The position numbers were made by a program, and so were the translations under genes. From contig NC_068995.1 of NCBI RefSeq assembly GCF_001194135.2, positions 17,774,272-17,838,271 on the forward strand: 64,000 nt of DNA, read 5' to 3'. The notes under the pieces are model-generated. The model had not been told where the DNA came from, ran no database searches, and was given only the letters and a program-made list of their open reading frames with translations. This document shows, piece after piece, positions 41,050 through 54,907 of the stretch (positions are counted from its first letter, which is position 1; every line of letters starts with the position of its first letter). This stretch comes from Octopus bimaculoides (lineage: Eukaryota).

Positions 41050-43767
41050 TTCTCGAAATGAAATTTCCGAATCTATGAAATTGAGAAACGTAAAACCCAA
41101 GGATAAATATTCAGGATTCCCGAATTAGAGTATTCAGTATTTCAAGGATATAAATGAATGAAAATATCTTCCGAAAGATGCTGGCGTAAGCAAACTAAAC
41201 TGGTTTTTTTTTTAAATAACGTTTTCATGACCGAATCCTATTTTTCATTCGACTGTTTTCAAGTACGAGTATCAATATATAAGCTTAACAAGAGAGGAAA
41301 CAGTAAGCCTATAAAGAAAAGTAACTTCACCCTTCATATTCATCGGAGAAATATATGTAAAAAGCCTTGATAATTCCAAAAGAATTTTAGCATTATTTAT
41401 TTTACATTTTATTTTATGGTTTATTCTCATTGTGCTTACACTAACTTTGGTTTCTATGTCAGTTGATCAGATGTAATATATGCGTACATAAGAAAAGTCC
41501 CAAAACAACAGCGCCAGCTCGCCTGTATCCGGGAACGAGAAATTTTGAATGTATGCATATATGATTTATTTTTTCAGATATGAAACTGCCTGGATATATG
41601 TATGTAACGATAAATGTGTTCGTATATAATCTGTAACTGTTGAAACTTATAGACAATTCTTTGACTCACAGAAAAAGGAACAATGATATAGATTTACATG
41701 TTGAATGTCACGAAAAAAATTCCGCATAATTTTAGAGTTCCTGTTATACATTGTAAATACATAATAATGAATCTGATTTTAAATGAAAATCCCTGTATCC
41801 TTGGATTATTATTTAGGAATTTGTAATGTGATCAACTGCACATCTGCTTATGAATATACAAGCACACGGATAATCTCAATAGTGAAAAACTAAGATCAGA
41901 AATATTTAATTATGTATTCTCTCGAAATTTTCATATTTCCTGCAACATTGTTTGAAAAACGTTACAATTTTCTGGTCTTCATATCGAAATAGACTTCAAA
42001 CGATGTGAGTCAATCATCGACCGTAGCGTATTTGCTGATCTAATGATTTTCATAGGATTTTCCATTGATTGTGTTTGGGTTCCATCTTCCGTACTAACAA
42101 ACTCAGCCACTAGTTCATATTCAATTCTTGAATATCGTACTACTTCGTATGTAGAATAAGGCAGTTGGCTGACCATAACATTGATCGATAGATCGATTCA
42201 TGTATGCAATTTTCAAGTCTATCATAATTGCAGCGTATCATAGTATAACGAAATACCAGCCGCCTCTTGCATCATAGTCCGCTGAAAACATGTGGCGCCA
42301 TTATCAGACGACGTCTATGGAGTGTCCATCTTATTTAACTCATTTTGTCTAAATTCTCAATATTCCATTCTATCACTCATTACTCTTTCATTCATTTGCA
42401 ACAGGAACCATGCCACGAGTTACATTTTGTAGTTGGATAGATAAATATCATTGAGCGTATCTATTTTTGCAAAACATTCGCATCAAATTTAAAAGATGCT
42501 GGTGGTTCTCTACACAGCAACAAAGAAAAAAAAAAACATTGACAAAAGAATAAAATATTGAAGAGCAAGGGTGGACTTTTCAGCGGCGTTGCTTTCATTC
42601 TTATTTTTCATTTAAAACAGTTAAAACTTCATTTACATGGATAATTCCCAATCTCTTTCGAGTGGAAATAACCATCGTTATATTTCATACAATAATACAG
42701 AGATAGCTATATGAAATATTGAATACATATTGACGCTGTGTGCTAGATCTGTTAAAACTTTACATCATACAATTTCTCTTTCTCCATCACTTGTAAATGA
42801 ACGTTTTAATAATTGATAGCATATTCCAAATAGATGAATACTAAAATGAAATATTGTATAAACTAGGCAATTGCGTACGCTTACGTATGTCTCTCTCACA
42901 GAACTAAGATCTGTCAAACTGCCTTATATGTGAAATGGCTATTTCCCGTAGATAGAATGATTGTGTTCACCTCAGATGCTCTATAGTGCGTTTTTGATTG
43001 CATACTGATTTGCATGCTGATTTTAAGCCCACATTAACTTTCGTAATTTTGGATCAAACAAACAGGTACAACTCAATAAAGTGATGAGGTTAATGTAAAT
43101 CTATTACACCCAACAACAATGGCTCCGAAACTGCCAAAGCTATTTCATTATAAATATAATTATATATTTGCACTTATTTATTTTATTAATCCAAGAATAC
43201 TACACAGTTCATATGATTCATTTTACACTGGCTTTGGACAAATTTAAAACGTTTCTGACCAAAAGTATCGTAATTGTACTAAACAACGGATTGCGCTTGC
43301 TCGATTTTCTATCCCATTTAAAAATTACCCATGGAAAAATTCCCAAAACTAGCGATAAAGTTTGCCTTAATCAACACTCTTGAAAACGTTTTATAGCTAG
43401 TGACTAGTTTTGTCTCATGCATATAATATTTGGAACGAGGTGAGATTATGGTTGTCACAAGTATGCAAAATTCAATTTGTAGTGTTTTATAGGAAAATTG
43501 TCTATGCGAATAATCCATTATACTAGAGTATCTTCAATTAAAGAATACGCAAGAATGTACATATGGACAAAACACTTTACTTTATGTGTGAGAATGAAGT
43601 TAGAACTTATTCCTGAAAATATTAATTTCCTGTTATCATATAGATAACTTACATTGGCGCAAGGAACACAACTCAATATATCGCATCATACAACTATACG
43701 TATGCACATATATTCACAAACACAAACAAATACAGAGAGGGATATAGAGAAGCACACATATATCTAG

Positions 43768-43830
<63 letters not shown>

Positions 43831-43878
43831 CATAGAAATATACNNNNNNNNNNCATATATTTATATATACATATATGG

Positions 43879-43912
<34 letters not shown>

Positions 43913-45129
43913 TTATATATATATGCTCTCTTATAATAATAGAATAGTTGAAAGGTGATGTGTTATATGCGTCGCCGTCAGTTAAAGAGGTTTTCTAAAT
44001 CATTATTTTAATAGCAGGGGCTACTTCTTTAAATTCGGAAATATTTTCTCTCAAGCTATTGGTTTGTGTCGTTTCGCAAATGATCAAGTGAAGCAGTAGA
44101 ACACATCTGCTGCCAATTTAATCAGCTTAGAATTCAGGGCACTTAATCTTTGCCCTTTTACATTCGATCTTCAATGTCCTCAAGGAAATGCAGAGCGCTC
44201 ATATGTCAGTATTTTCCGGACTTAAGAAAGAAGTCTAAAACATAATCTCCGAAAGAATTTTAAATCTATAAAATAACGATTTACTTCTGTACGTTTTACG
44301 TTGTCACCTTTTAAACAATTCAACAAATATTATGAGCGAGTAATATTTTAAACGATAATTATATGTTAACAACTACTACAAAGCATTTAAATTAAGCAAG
44401 TATATAATACACAACTCTTACACACGAAAGTACATGAAGACTACAAGCTACACATACACACACACACATACACATATATGTAGATATACAAATACAAATA
44501 TACACTGTCTATATGTGCGTGTGGGCATATATATATATATATACCTGTATGTTTACACACACACACACACATAGGCACATGCACATCGAGCGCTTTAGAA
44601 TTAGCCTAAACTTGATCTTCCACCACTCACTACCATTTGTTACATATAAGATTCCGTCTTAATGAAAAGAATGCTGAATATTTACTAAAACAGCGTATGC
44701 AATCACGATCTTGTCAAGCTGTGCAAAGGAATCTGTTACTAACCAACTCTTCCGTATATTTTTTAGCTGTCTTGATTGAAAAATGAACTCGTGCATATTT
44801 CATGAAGTTTGTGGTGTAATAAATCTCTTGTGGGGTGTTCTATTCTGGATACGCTCATATTCCCACGAATCATATTCCCACACATCAAACTTTCATGTAG
44901 TTTCAAAATTTGCAGCTACTAATAGAATTTTCATAAATAACATAGTTAACTAGAGATCCAACTAATTAATTTATAGGGAGTGGAGTATAGATCATTAGAC
45001 GATCATGTATTTTATGTGATATTACATGATATCCCTATATAGCATAATTATAAGTCAATTTCCCAATAATGTATGAAGGTTCTATTAAAAGTACGTTAGG
45101 AACTCTTACAAACTACGATAGTATCTCCC

Positions 45130-45246
<117 letters not shown>

Positions 45247-45410
45247 ATTTGTCGCTCACACTATCTCTATCTATCTTCTCTCTCCCCCCTCTCTCTTGTC
45301 TTTCTGCATATATACATATTATATTTGTATAGTCATATTTAACACGCTTGTGTGTGCAGGATGATGTTAAATATTCTTTTCTAATCTAGGCAACAGGCCA
45401 GAAGGGGGCC

Positions 45411-45455
45411 AGTCGATCAGATCGACCCAAGCACGCACTTGGTACTTAACTTTTC
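45411..45455 (-). mobile_element. Short SINE family B 3' fragment
   Basis: gtcgatcagatcgacccaagcacgcacttggtacttaa resembles the reverse complement of 4227-4265. Confidence 0.5.
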
Positions 45456-45466
45456 GGCACCGATAT

Positions 45467-45538
<72 letters not shown>

Positions 45539-45566
45539 TTATTTATCTATCTATCTATTTATCTAA

Positions 45567-45602
<36 letters not shown>
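45467..45602. repeat. (TATC)n(TA)n microsatellite
   Basis: Read directly. Confidence 0.95.
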
Positions 45603-45604
<2 letters not shown>

Positions 45605-45718
45605 CGCGAGAGAGTTAGGGGTTGGGGGTTCAACCCACTAAGGGATAGTATCTATCCAGTATACTGCTGGGAGGGTACCCAATTATTGCTACACTAGTGC
45701 TATCCTATATATATATAT

Positions 45719-46912
45719 AATGTTATCTCCAGCGTCTCCTGCTTTCTGTCCTTCCCTGTACCTTGGTCAAACTGTACGACCCTTGACTGACTGGTTCGCC
45801 TAGCCCCCCTCCCCCTCGGGACATCAGACTCGGCAATGACACCCTGGTCTCGCGCCATCTCCGCTCTACCTGTCATTCGCTAGAACATCTGTCTGCGTTC
45901 GGACAGTCTCTGCACAGTGGCCACCCGGACACCCGCCTTCGCCGTGAACAGCAATTGATCTTCTCTCTTCATTCCTTTGCACTATTTGGGCTCAACCCAC
46001 TTCCTCTCTTCATCTGACTTCAATCTCACCTCGCTTCATTTGACATCAATCCCAAACGGATTACCACTCACCCTCTCTACCTACACACCAACATAATCCC
46101 CACCTCGGTATCCTCACTCACACGCTCTACTATGCATACACCCATACACACTGTTCCACTCATCACTCACTTCACACACACATTACACACACATACCATT
46201 ATACACGCCTACAACACCTTCCCACTCACACACAGTTTTCAGCACCTCCTACACACACAATCTTCAATAGCGTTACCACACAAACCATTCTGTTTAACTC
46301 AGTACACATCCCAAACACCGTCATGCACATTATCAAACACACACAAGCACATATTACCTGAACACAGATAATATATACTCACACGCACACAGAGGCACAT
46401 AACACCTGAACACAGACAATACATACACATACACACACATGCAACACACATAGACAAAAATGATTTTTGCCCACGTACATACAATAGACACACACACATA
46501 CACATATACCCTCATACATGTACACTCACCACACACGTTACATACCCACATACACCCGCATTCACTCACCCCCATTCACACATACACACTTACATGCTCA
46601 CACACACCATTGTCACAGATATACACTCGCTTCCGCACTTCCTGTTGTTGGATTCAATATGAATTATCTCCCCTTTCTTTAGCATTATCTCCCTTTAATT
46701 CAACCTCTTTTTTTGCAATCATCCCTTTGTTGGATCACTGAACCTAACAGGTTTTTCTTAGTCTCTCTCTATTTTTTTCCTCTTATTCATTTCTGTCGAA
46801 GAGCGTAGGCTCGAAACGTAAAATACTTTTCCATTTTACCCGATCGTCCATTAAATACATTTGCTTGTTATTCCTATAACTGTCTTCGCCTCTGTTTTTC
46901 TATGAATTTTGA
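45719..46912 (+). mobile_element. Penelope-like element 3' part: decayed GIY-YIG endonuclease (45719-46017), CA-rich 3' UTR and tail
   Basis: With two small indels: NVI..VSC/CPSLYLGQTVRPLTDWFA*/RDIRLGNDTLVSRHLRSTCHSLEHLSAFGQSLHSGHPDTRLRREQQLIFSLHSFALFGLNPLPLFI*. This matches YIGQT.R.L..RF.EH and R..E..LI..L....P.GLN. Tail contains gaagagcgtaggctcgaaacgt. Confidence 0.88.
46789..46824 (+). ncRNA. Minimal type-I hammerhead-like motif in the PLE tail
   Basis: attt-CTGTCGA-A-GAGC(gtag)GCTC-GAAAC-GTA-aaat; deviates from the CUGANGA core at A6. Confidence 0.45.
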
Positions 46913-49186
46913 CTATACACCACCCGCACTCATATACACATACATACACAACATACACACACACTCACTAACACACACACATACACACACACACGCACAC
47001 ACGCACACACACACACACATGTATATATATATANNNNNNNNNNNNNNNNNNNNNNNNNNNNNNNNNNNNNNNNNNNNNNNNNNNNNNNNNNNNNNNNNNN
47101 NNNNNNNNNNNNNNNNNNNNNNNNNNNNNNNNNNNNNNNNNNNNNNNNNNNNNNNNNNNNNNNNNNNNNNNNNNNNNNNNNNNNNNNNNNNNNNNNNNNN
47201 NNNNNNNNNNNNNNNNNNNNNNNNNNNNNNNNNNNNNNNNNNNNNNNNNNNNNNNNNNNNNNNNNNNNNNNNNNNNNNNNNNNNNNNNNNNNNNNNNNNN
47301 NNNNNNNNNNNNNNNNNNNNNNNNNNNNNNNNNNNNNNNNNNNNNNNNNNNNNNNNNNNNNNNNNNNNNNNNNNNNNNNNNNNNNNNNNNNNNNNNNNNN
47401 NNNNNNNNNNNNNNNNNNNNNNNNNNNNNNNNNNNNNNNNNNNNNNNNNNNNNNNNNNNNNNNNNNNNNNNNNNNNNNNNNNNNNNNNNNNNNNNNNNNN
47501 NNNNNNNNNNNNNNNNNNNNTTCTTTATCTTATATTGGAGCAGGAAACAAAACAAATGTGAATATAATAATCTTTATCGATATAAGACGTCTGTATAAAC
47601 TGTTTTCCTATTTTACCCTTTACTCCTCCCTCCACATTCTTTCTCTCGCTCTCATTCTCTCTCTCTCTCTCTCTCTCTCCCTCTCTCTCTGTCTCTCTGT
47701 CTTTCTCTCTCTCTCTCTCATATTCTCTCTCTCAGACACACACATATGCACCCGTACACAAACAAACACACTTACATAAATATATTTACGCAATGTTCTC
47801 TACGTATAAACATCCGAATAGCGAATAAAATATTTCCACTTTCTCTTTCCTTGTTAATAGTGAATTGATAAATATAAAAAAAAAAAAAAAACGAGAGTGA
47901 AACCAGAAAAAAAATATTTCGCACGCCTGAGGGTGGACTGTGTCAGAAAGTAAAGAAACTGTGTTGTCTCATGTTCGAATGTAATAGATGGTATCGGGTT
48001 TACTGAACAGAGCCCTTAGGTTGCGTAAAACAAAATATATTTCCAAATAACCCTTCCAGGTTCAGAGGGGATATTTAGACACTTTTACAGAACACTGGTA
48101 GCTGCTCAGCAACAATTTAGTAAACTTTGAACGACACATTATGAAATATCTATCAGATAATATATATATAAATATATATATATGTATATATGTATATATA
48201 NNNNNNNNNNNNNNNNNNNNNNNNNNNNNNNNNNNNNNNNNNNNNNNNNNNNNNNNNNNNNNNNNNNNNNNNNNNNNNNNNNNNNNNNNNNNNNNNNNNN
48301 NNNNNNNNNNNNNNNNNNNNNNNNNNNNNNNNNNNNNNNNNNNNNNNNNNNNNNNNNNNNNNNNNNNNNNNNNNNNNNNNNNNNNNNNNNNNNNNNNNNN
48401 NNNNNNNNNNNNNNNNNNNNNNNNNNNNNNNNNNNNNNNNNNNNNNNNNNNNNNNNNNNNNNNNNNNNNNNNNNNNNNNNNNNNNNNNNNNNNNNNNNNN
48501 NNNNNNNNNNNNNNNNNNNNNNNNNNNNNNNNNNNNNNNNNNNNNNNNNNNNNNNNNNNNNNNNNNNNNNNNNNNNNNNNNNNNNNNNNNNNNNNNNNNN
48601 NNNNNNNNNNNNNNNNNNNNNNNNNNNNNNNNNNNNNNNNNNNNNNNNNNNNNNNNNNNNNNNNNNNNNNNNNNNNNNNNNNNNNNNNNNNNNNNNNNNN
48701 NNNNNNNNNNNNNNNNNNNNNNNNNNNNNNNNNNNNNNNNNNNNNNNNNNNNNNNNNNNNNNNNNNNNNNNNNNNNNNNNNNNNNNNNNNNNNNNNNNNN
48801 NNNNNNNNNNNNNNNNNNNNNNNNNNNNNNNNNNNNNNNNNNNNNNNNNNNNNNNNNNNNNNNNNNNNNNNNNNNNNNNNNNNNNNNNNNNNNNNNNNNN
48901 NNNNNNNNNNNNNNNNNNNNNNNNNNNNNNNNNNNNNNNNNNNNNNNNNNNNNNNNNNNNNNNNNNNNNNNNNNNNNNNNNNNNNNNNNNNNNNNNNNNN
49001 NNNNNNNNNNNNNNNNNNNNNNNNNNNNNNNNNNNNNNNNNNNNNNNNNNNNNNNNNNNNNNNNNNNNNNNNNNNNNNNNNNNNNNNNNNNNNGCATATT
49101 TATGCGTGTGCATGTTATTTACAGGAAGAGAGTCACATAGATGTATATATACACATAAAGACATATTACGACAGAGAGGGAGTAAA

Positions 49187-49223
<37 letters not shown>

Positions 49224-49895
49224 TAGAGAGAGAGAGCGGGGGAGAGTCAAATGTAATTCTAGTTATTCTTTCGTTTATTTTGATCATACCACAGCGTTTA
49301 TGCTGGAGTCCCACGATCGAATAGAATCCAGTACATATTTTCAAGTTTGCTTCCTATATTATGGGGTGCAGCTCAGTTAAGTTCATGCAGTTTAAGGAAA
49401 ACTAGTTGCGTCGCTCTAGACATCATAAGAAGCTCTAAGACAGATGTATAACCATTCACGCTCAGCTACGTACATATATATGTGTCTGTGTATGTGTCTC
49501 TGTGTGTGTATGTGTGTGTGTATGTGTGTGTGTCTGTGTGTGTGTGCGTGTGTGTGCGCGCGTGAGAAAGAAAGTATTCTTGTGTAACAAGTGTGCACGC
49601 AAACGTATGGTTTGCAAGTCATTACTGGCCATCGGGATATGTAGTCCACATTTGACGAAGGACCTTGCGTTGGAACAGAACACGAAGCCAAGTATTCATT
49701 AAGTGAAATTTGTAGACGTCCAGGCATGGTTCCTTGTTATTATTATTAAGAAATAGGTAATGGTTATTGCTTATATTATGAAAGTATTCTTACGTTTTTC
49801 ACCACAACTGTATCATGTTGGTATGCATGCTAACAACCATATAAGTTCATCAGAGTCGGGAATTGTTTCGACTGGAAGTATGAGTACATCTACAT

Positions 49896-49898
49896 ATG

Positions 49899-49995
<97 letters not shown>

Positions 49996-50057
49996 TTNNN
50001 NNNNNNNNNNNNNNNNNNNNNNNTGTGTATATATATACGTATATGTGTATATATGTG

Positions 50058-50099
<42 letters not shown>

Positions 50100-50253
50100 G
50101 TTTTTTTTTAAAATTTGTTTGCATTATGTTTTTAATGTGGATACTACGAAACACACAAACGCTCCTACATACATACACGCAAGTAACATATATAGGTGTA
50201 TACACATACATACATACATACATACATACATACATACATACGTGCATACATAC

Positions 50254-50295
<42 letters not shown>
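49896..50295. repeat. (TATC)n/(TA)n/(TACA)n/(TG)n microsatellite cluster
   Basis: Read directly. Confidence 0.9.
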
Positions 50296-50297
<2 letters not shown>

Positions 50298-50534
50298 ATC
50301 TACATATTTCACTTATATACGCCAGTGTATCCAGGTTTCGTAATTTTTGTTGATTGCGGAATATATTGTCATAAAAATTACATATTAATAGTACTAGTCT
50401 CTTCCCACGCATCCTCATCCACACTGCTACCACCCACAAATATGAAACCACATCTAGAATAACTACATTTTTTCTTTATAGAAATATTTGTTTTTTCTAA
50501 GTTGATTTTTCAATATATATATACAGATATACAC

Positions 50535-50570
<36 letters not shown>

Positions 50571-52748
50571 NNNNNNNNNNNNNNNNNNNNNNNNNNNNNN
50601 NNNNNNNNNNNNNNNNNNNNNNNNNNNNNNNNNNNNNNNNNNNNNNNNNNNNNNNNNNNNNNNNNNNNNNNNNNNNNNNNNNNNNNNNNNNNNNNNNNNN
50701 NNNNNNNNNNNNNNNNNNNNNNNNNNNNNNNNNNNNNNNNNNNNNNNNNNNNNNNNNNNNNNNNNNNNNNNNNNNNNNNNNNNNNNNNNNNNNNNNNNNN
50801 NNNNNNNNNNNNNNNNNNNNNNNNNNNNNNNNNNNNNNNNNNNNNNNNNNNNNNNNNNNNNNNNNNNNNNNNNNNNNNNNNNNNNNNNNNNNNNNNNNNN
50901 NNNNNNNNNNNNNNNNNNNNNNNNNNNNNNNNNNNNNNNNNNNNNNNNNNNNNNNNNNNNNNNNNNNNNNNNNNNNNNNNNNNNNNNNNNNNNNNNNNNN
51001 NNNNNNNNNNNNNNNNNNNNNNNNNNNNNNNNNNNNNNNNNNNNNNATATATATATATATATATATACTATCTAATACACACAGACACACACACATGTCC
51101 TATATTTGTAACTATTTTTGTGCGTATGCATACATATATGTATATGTATGGTGTGTTACTTGATGGGTTGTATTTTCGACAAAAAAGAATTAAAAGAATT
51201 ATACTAAATTATTGGATATTTGTAGGTAGTAGTGATCAATTAAAATAAAAATATAAATAAAGTACCTATATATTCTACTGAGTTTGTTTTCTGTAATATT
51301 TTGTCCTTTACGTATGTACGTGTATGTCTGTAAATATTGAAATATTCATGCACACACGCACACAAACGCACACAAACATATAGATTATGCGTGTGTTTTC
51401 CGATAATATTTTGCTAAAATATTATTTTACGACTGATAATTGAGCGCGGATATGTAATTGTGTTAGTTCAAATAAATAAATACATGACATATGTGAACTG
51501 AATTCAAATTTAACAGCAATTGAAATTGTTTGGAATTACGACGACATTTTCTGCTGTTTATATTTATCAATATGAAGTACTACAAATCTTTCCTGACGTG
51601 AAGTTTGAACTCTCAGATATCCGTGACTAAAAGAAATCTCTTCTTCAACCGAATCCACTACGCCTTTTCAAATAGAAGAAGGGCTGCTATACTCGAAATT
51701 TATTCTATAGGAACAGGATCGGTATTTGATATGTGTATATTGAAATATGTCACGGCACAAATGCTTTTATATCATAAATTCCTTTATATTGCGCAGTATT
51801 TTAAATCTACCCAAATAAAACACACACAGACATACACACACTCACACATACATGTATACATACACAATTACATATATATATTAGTGTGTACTTACAAATA
51901 GCCTACATTTAAAATAACTTGTGTATATGCTCAACGTATTTCTAAATGTATTCTTCGGCACTGTGTATTCTAATGATTCACTTAATTCCTCTCTCTACCT
52001 TCAAGTTATTTCTCTGTATCGGAAATAGAAATTTCCTAATAATGTCTCTTCCGCTATGATATACTTTCAATCTATCAAGATTGTAACACATCGTTACGCA
52101 CACTGTATACACACAGATTTGACTGGGAAATAAGTAATCATAGTTTCAAATTTATTACGTGGATGATTATATTGCAAAAGTTTACGAAGATGGCAATAAA
52201 TTAGAATTGAGCAACGAGAATACTAATCTCGTGGGTTACTTAAGATAATCTTTTGATTTAGTTTTAGATACTCATGACAAAGGCATATTAAAGAAGATTA
52301 ATATTAATTATATATATATCTCACATGACATTGGTTAAGTAACTAATTTATAGGTAGCTGCTGATATTGCCATTTCTGTATAATCAATTTAGCTTTTAGT
52401 ATAAATCGCTTGGTGTAATTTTAAAAGTTGTACTAAGCCGTCATCCTATTTAATACCACCACCAGGCCCCTGTGTTTTCATTCGTGGAATATAGTCCCTT
52501 GCAGGCATTTGGATTATATCCCCGATCTGATGGCAATGCCTTTGCTGTAATTTTTTCTTCATCGGTTTCCCACACGTCTCTAACGCATTGTAAAAGTTTC
52601 ATTGCTATATATCAATAAAAAATACTAGTAATAGTAGTTACAATATTAACAGCAATTCAACAAAAAAATAACAAGAAAATAAAATAGCAGCAATTCAACA
52701 ACAATAAAAATAATGAAGAGACTACAACTAATAGTGCCTTTATTTTGG

Positions 52749-52858
52749 TTACGTATATTCTTGGTTGTGTTTGGCCCTACCCACAATTTTCCAAATTAAT
52801 TCCTTCCTCTCTTACGTATATGCTTGGTTGTCTTTGGCCCGACTTACAATTTTCCAAA
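52749..52858 (+). repeat. 47-bp direct repeat, period 63
   Basis: 52749-52795 versus 52812-52858, 42/47 identical by hand alignment. Confidence 0.9.
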
Positions 52859-54907
52859 CTTTTTATTGTTTAGTAGTGCAAATGTTCGCCTCGTGGGTAT
52901 GCAAGAAATGGCTTTCATAATAAAAAAAAAAATGTGATTCAGAAAGGAAAATATAGAAGGAATTCTTATAACTGCGTGTAACAGTAGATATACTTAGATG
53001 TGAACTGTTGTTAAAAAGAAAACGACGATACTAATTCGGTATTACTTATATTTGTATCTCTTGCGATAAGAAATATTTAGACGAAGCAAAGGACAAATAG
53101 ATATTCAGCATTAATTTGATTTGATGGAGACACAAATACACAAATTAACGCTTGCATGATAGATGGATTATAATTGGCACTCCGACGCATCAGTACTTAC
53201 ACTATTCTACTTGTCTTTGATGCATCCATCATTCTTCACTTAACGACTTGCTTGTGCTTTTTCTCTCAAATCGGTTAATCCTCCATATGTGATACCGCTT
53301 ATAGTGATAGTTGATGCGATGAAAAATATCATATATCTTAATTTCCATTATAATGGCATATGAAATTAAAATGTTCACTGTCACACATGATACTTCTAGG
53401 AACTCCATACAAATAATACAACTAAACATTAAATTTCATTCATAAACCTTTCTCTATAGATTCACAAAATACGTTATGTTTAAACAAGTAATTTAAAAGA
53501 AATATGCAACTATCAAAAAAGTTCCAATCACACAGAAAAATGCAGTTAGTCTGAACACAACATGCCAGACCCACCGTAAAACGAAGCCATATGACTACTT
53601 GGCAACGAGTCCCTGATCAATACATTCCAAACTTTCACCTACATATCTGCCGTCATTTTGTACTCTGTAATCGATGTTAAAACCACAATAACGTTTATGA
53701 AGATTCATTTCACGGCAACATTCTCCAATCACAACAGATACATATTGTTTATACTGCTAACACTCCTAACTACAGTTAGTTAGCCTATAGTAACACGATA
53801 GAATTCTTCTGCTCGTGTGGTAGTGAAGCTCGAAATCAAACTTCTAGCTGTTTCCGGCGTATTTATTATTATTATATTTGTTCATTTAGTGCATTTATGG
53901 ACATAACGCAATGTGCCTTTCTCTGTATGGCATAACAAAACAGCAAGAACATTATCAAGACAAGTAACTAAATACCATGTGTCACCTCGTCTAGTATTTT
54001 CCAAAGGAAGTGATTAATAACCGAAATCACCGATTGTCTTTCGTATTGGCAAAAATAAATCTATGAATGTACAACAATATCTGTTTCAACACCAAATTTC
54101 AGATAAAAGCGTTCAGAAACATTATAATTATTATTATACGATATCATGTTCCCATTGCTGTAATCTTTCTTACTCATATTTTCATGATAAAATGAACGTC
54201 GTCATGGTTATCTCTAGTTCAATGATGTTTATTGTAATGACAGCGCTGATACTGAGACAAAAATCATGAAACTAATGATAATTATTCTGAAGATTTTGAT
54301 GATTATGATAATCAAAACTTATTCTTTATATTTATTAGAACTTTTGCCAAATCTCTCTGATGATTTTTAATGTTATTTTGCTTGACTGGTGTAGAGAAAA
54401 AGAAGAAAAAAAAAGAAACAAGACATCTATATCTGATATTCGCAAACATACGCATAATATATATTTCCATATACTTGATAAACTGTCATATATATATTTT
54501 TTGAAGTATTTTAAAGCATTTTATATTCTATATAATAATGTACATTTTAATATTTCTCGCACATACAATCGTTATTAAATGGAATCTCGTACTATCGTCT
54601 TTCCTTCTATATTATGGGCTTGCTCACAATTCTAAAAATAATATTTATTAAATTCTCTAGATATTAAAATAAGTTGTTGCTGTTTCTTCAGCTTTTAATT
54701 TCTATTTCTATGGTTATTTAATGATCTCCAGTGACTTTTTGTAACCACTAGCTTTCAATCAATATTTATATCTCTTCACATGTGTCGTAGAGAATTTTTA
54801 GGCCAAGTAATTAAAAATTAGAATTGAGTATTACGTACAGTACGTATTAGCTTTTAGATAATACTAGCTATGCACTTATGTCCATTTATTCGTCTATAAA
54901 TTTAGAA

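Noticed and set aside
41979-42176. ORF segment EFVSTEDGTQTQSME resembling Merlin/ISXO2 FVDP.TG.HTQ.IE
   Set aside because: The similarity is limited to a few residues, and the catalytic motifs and TIRs were not found.
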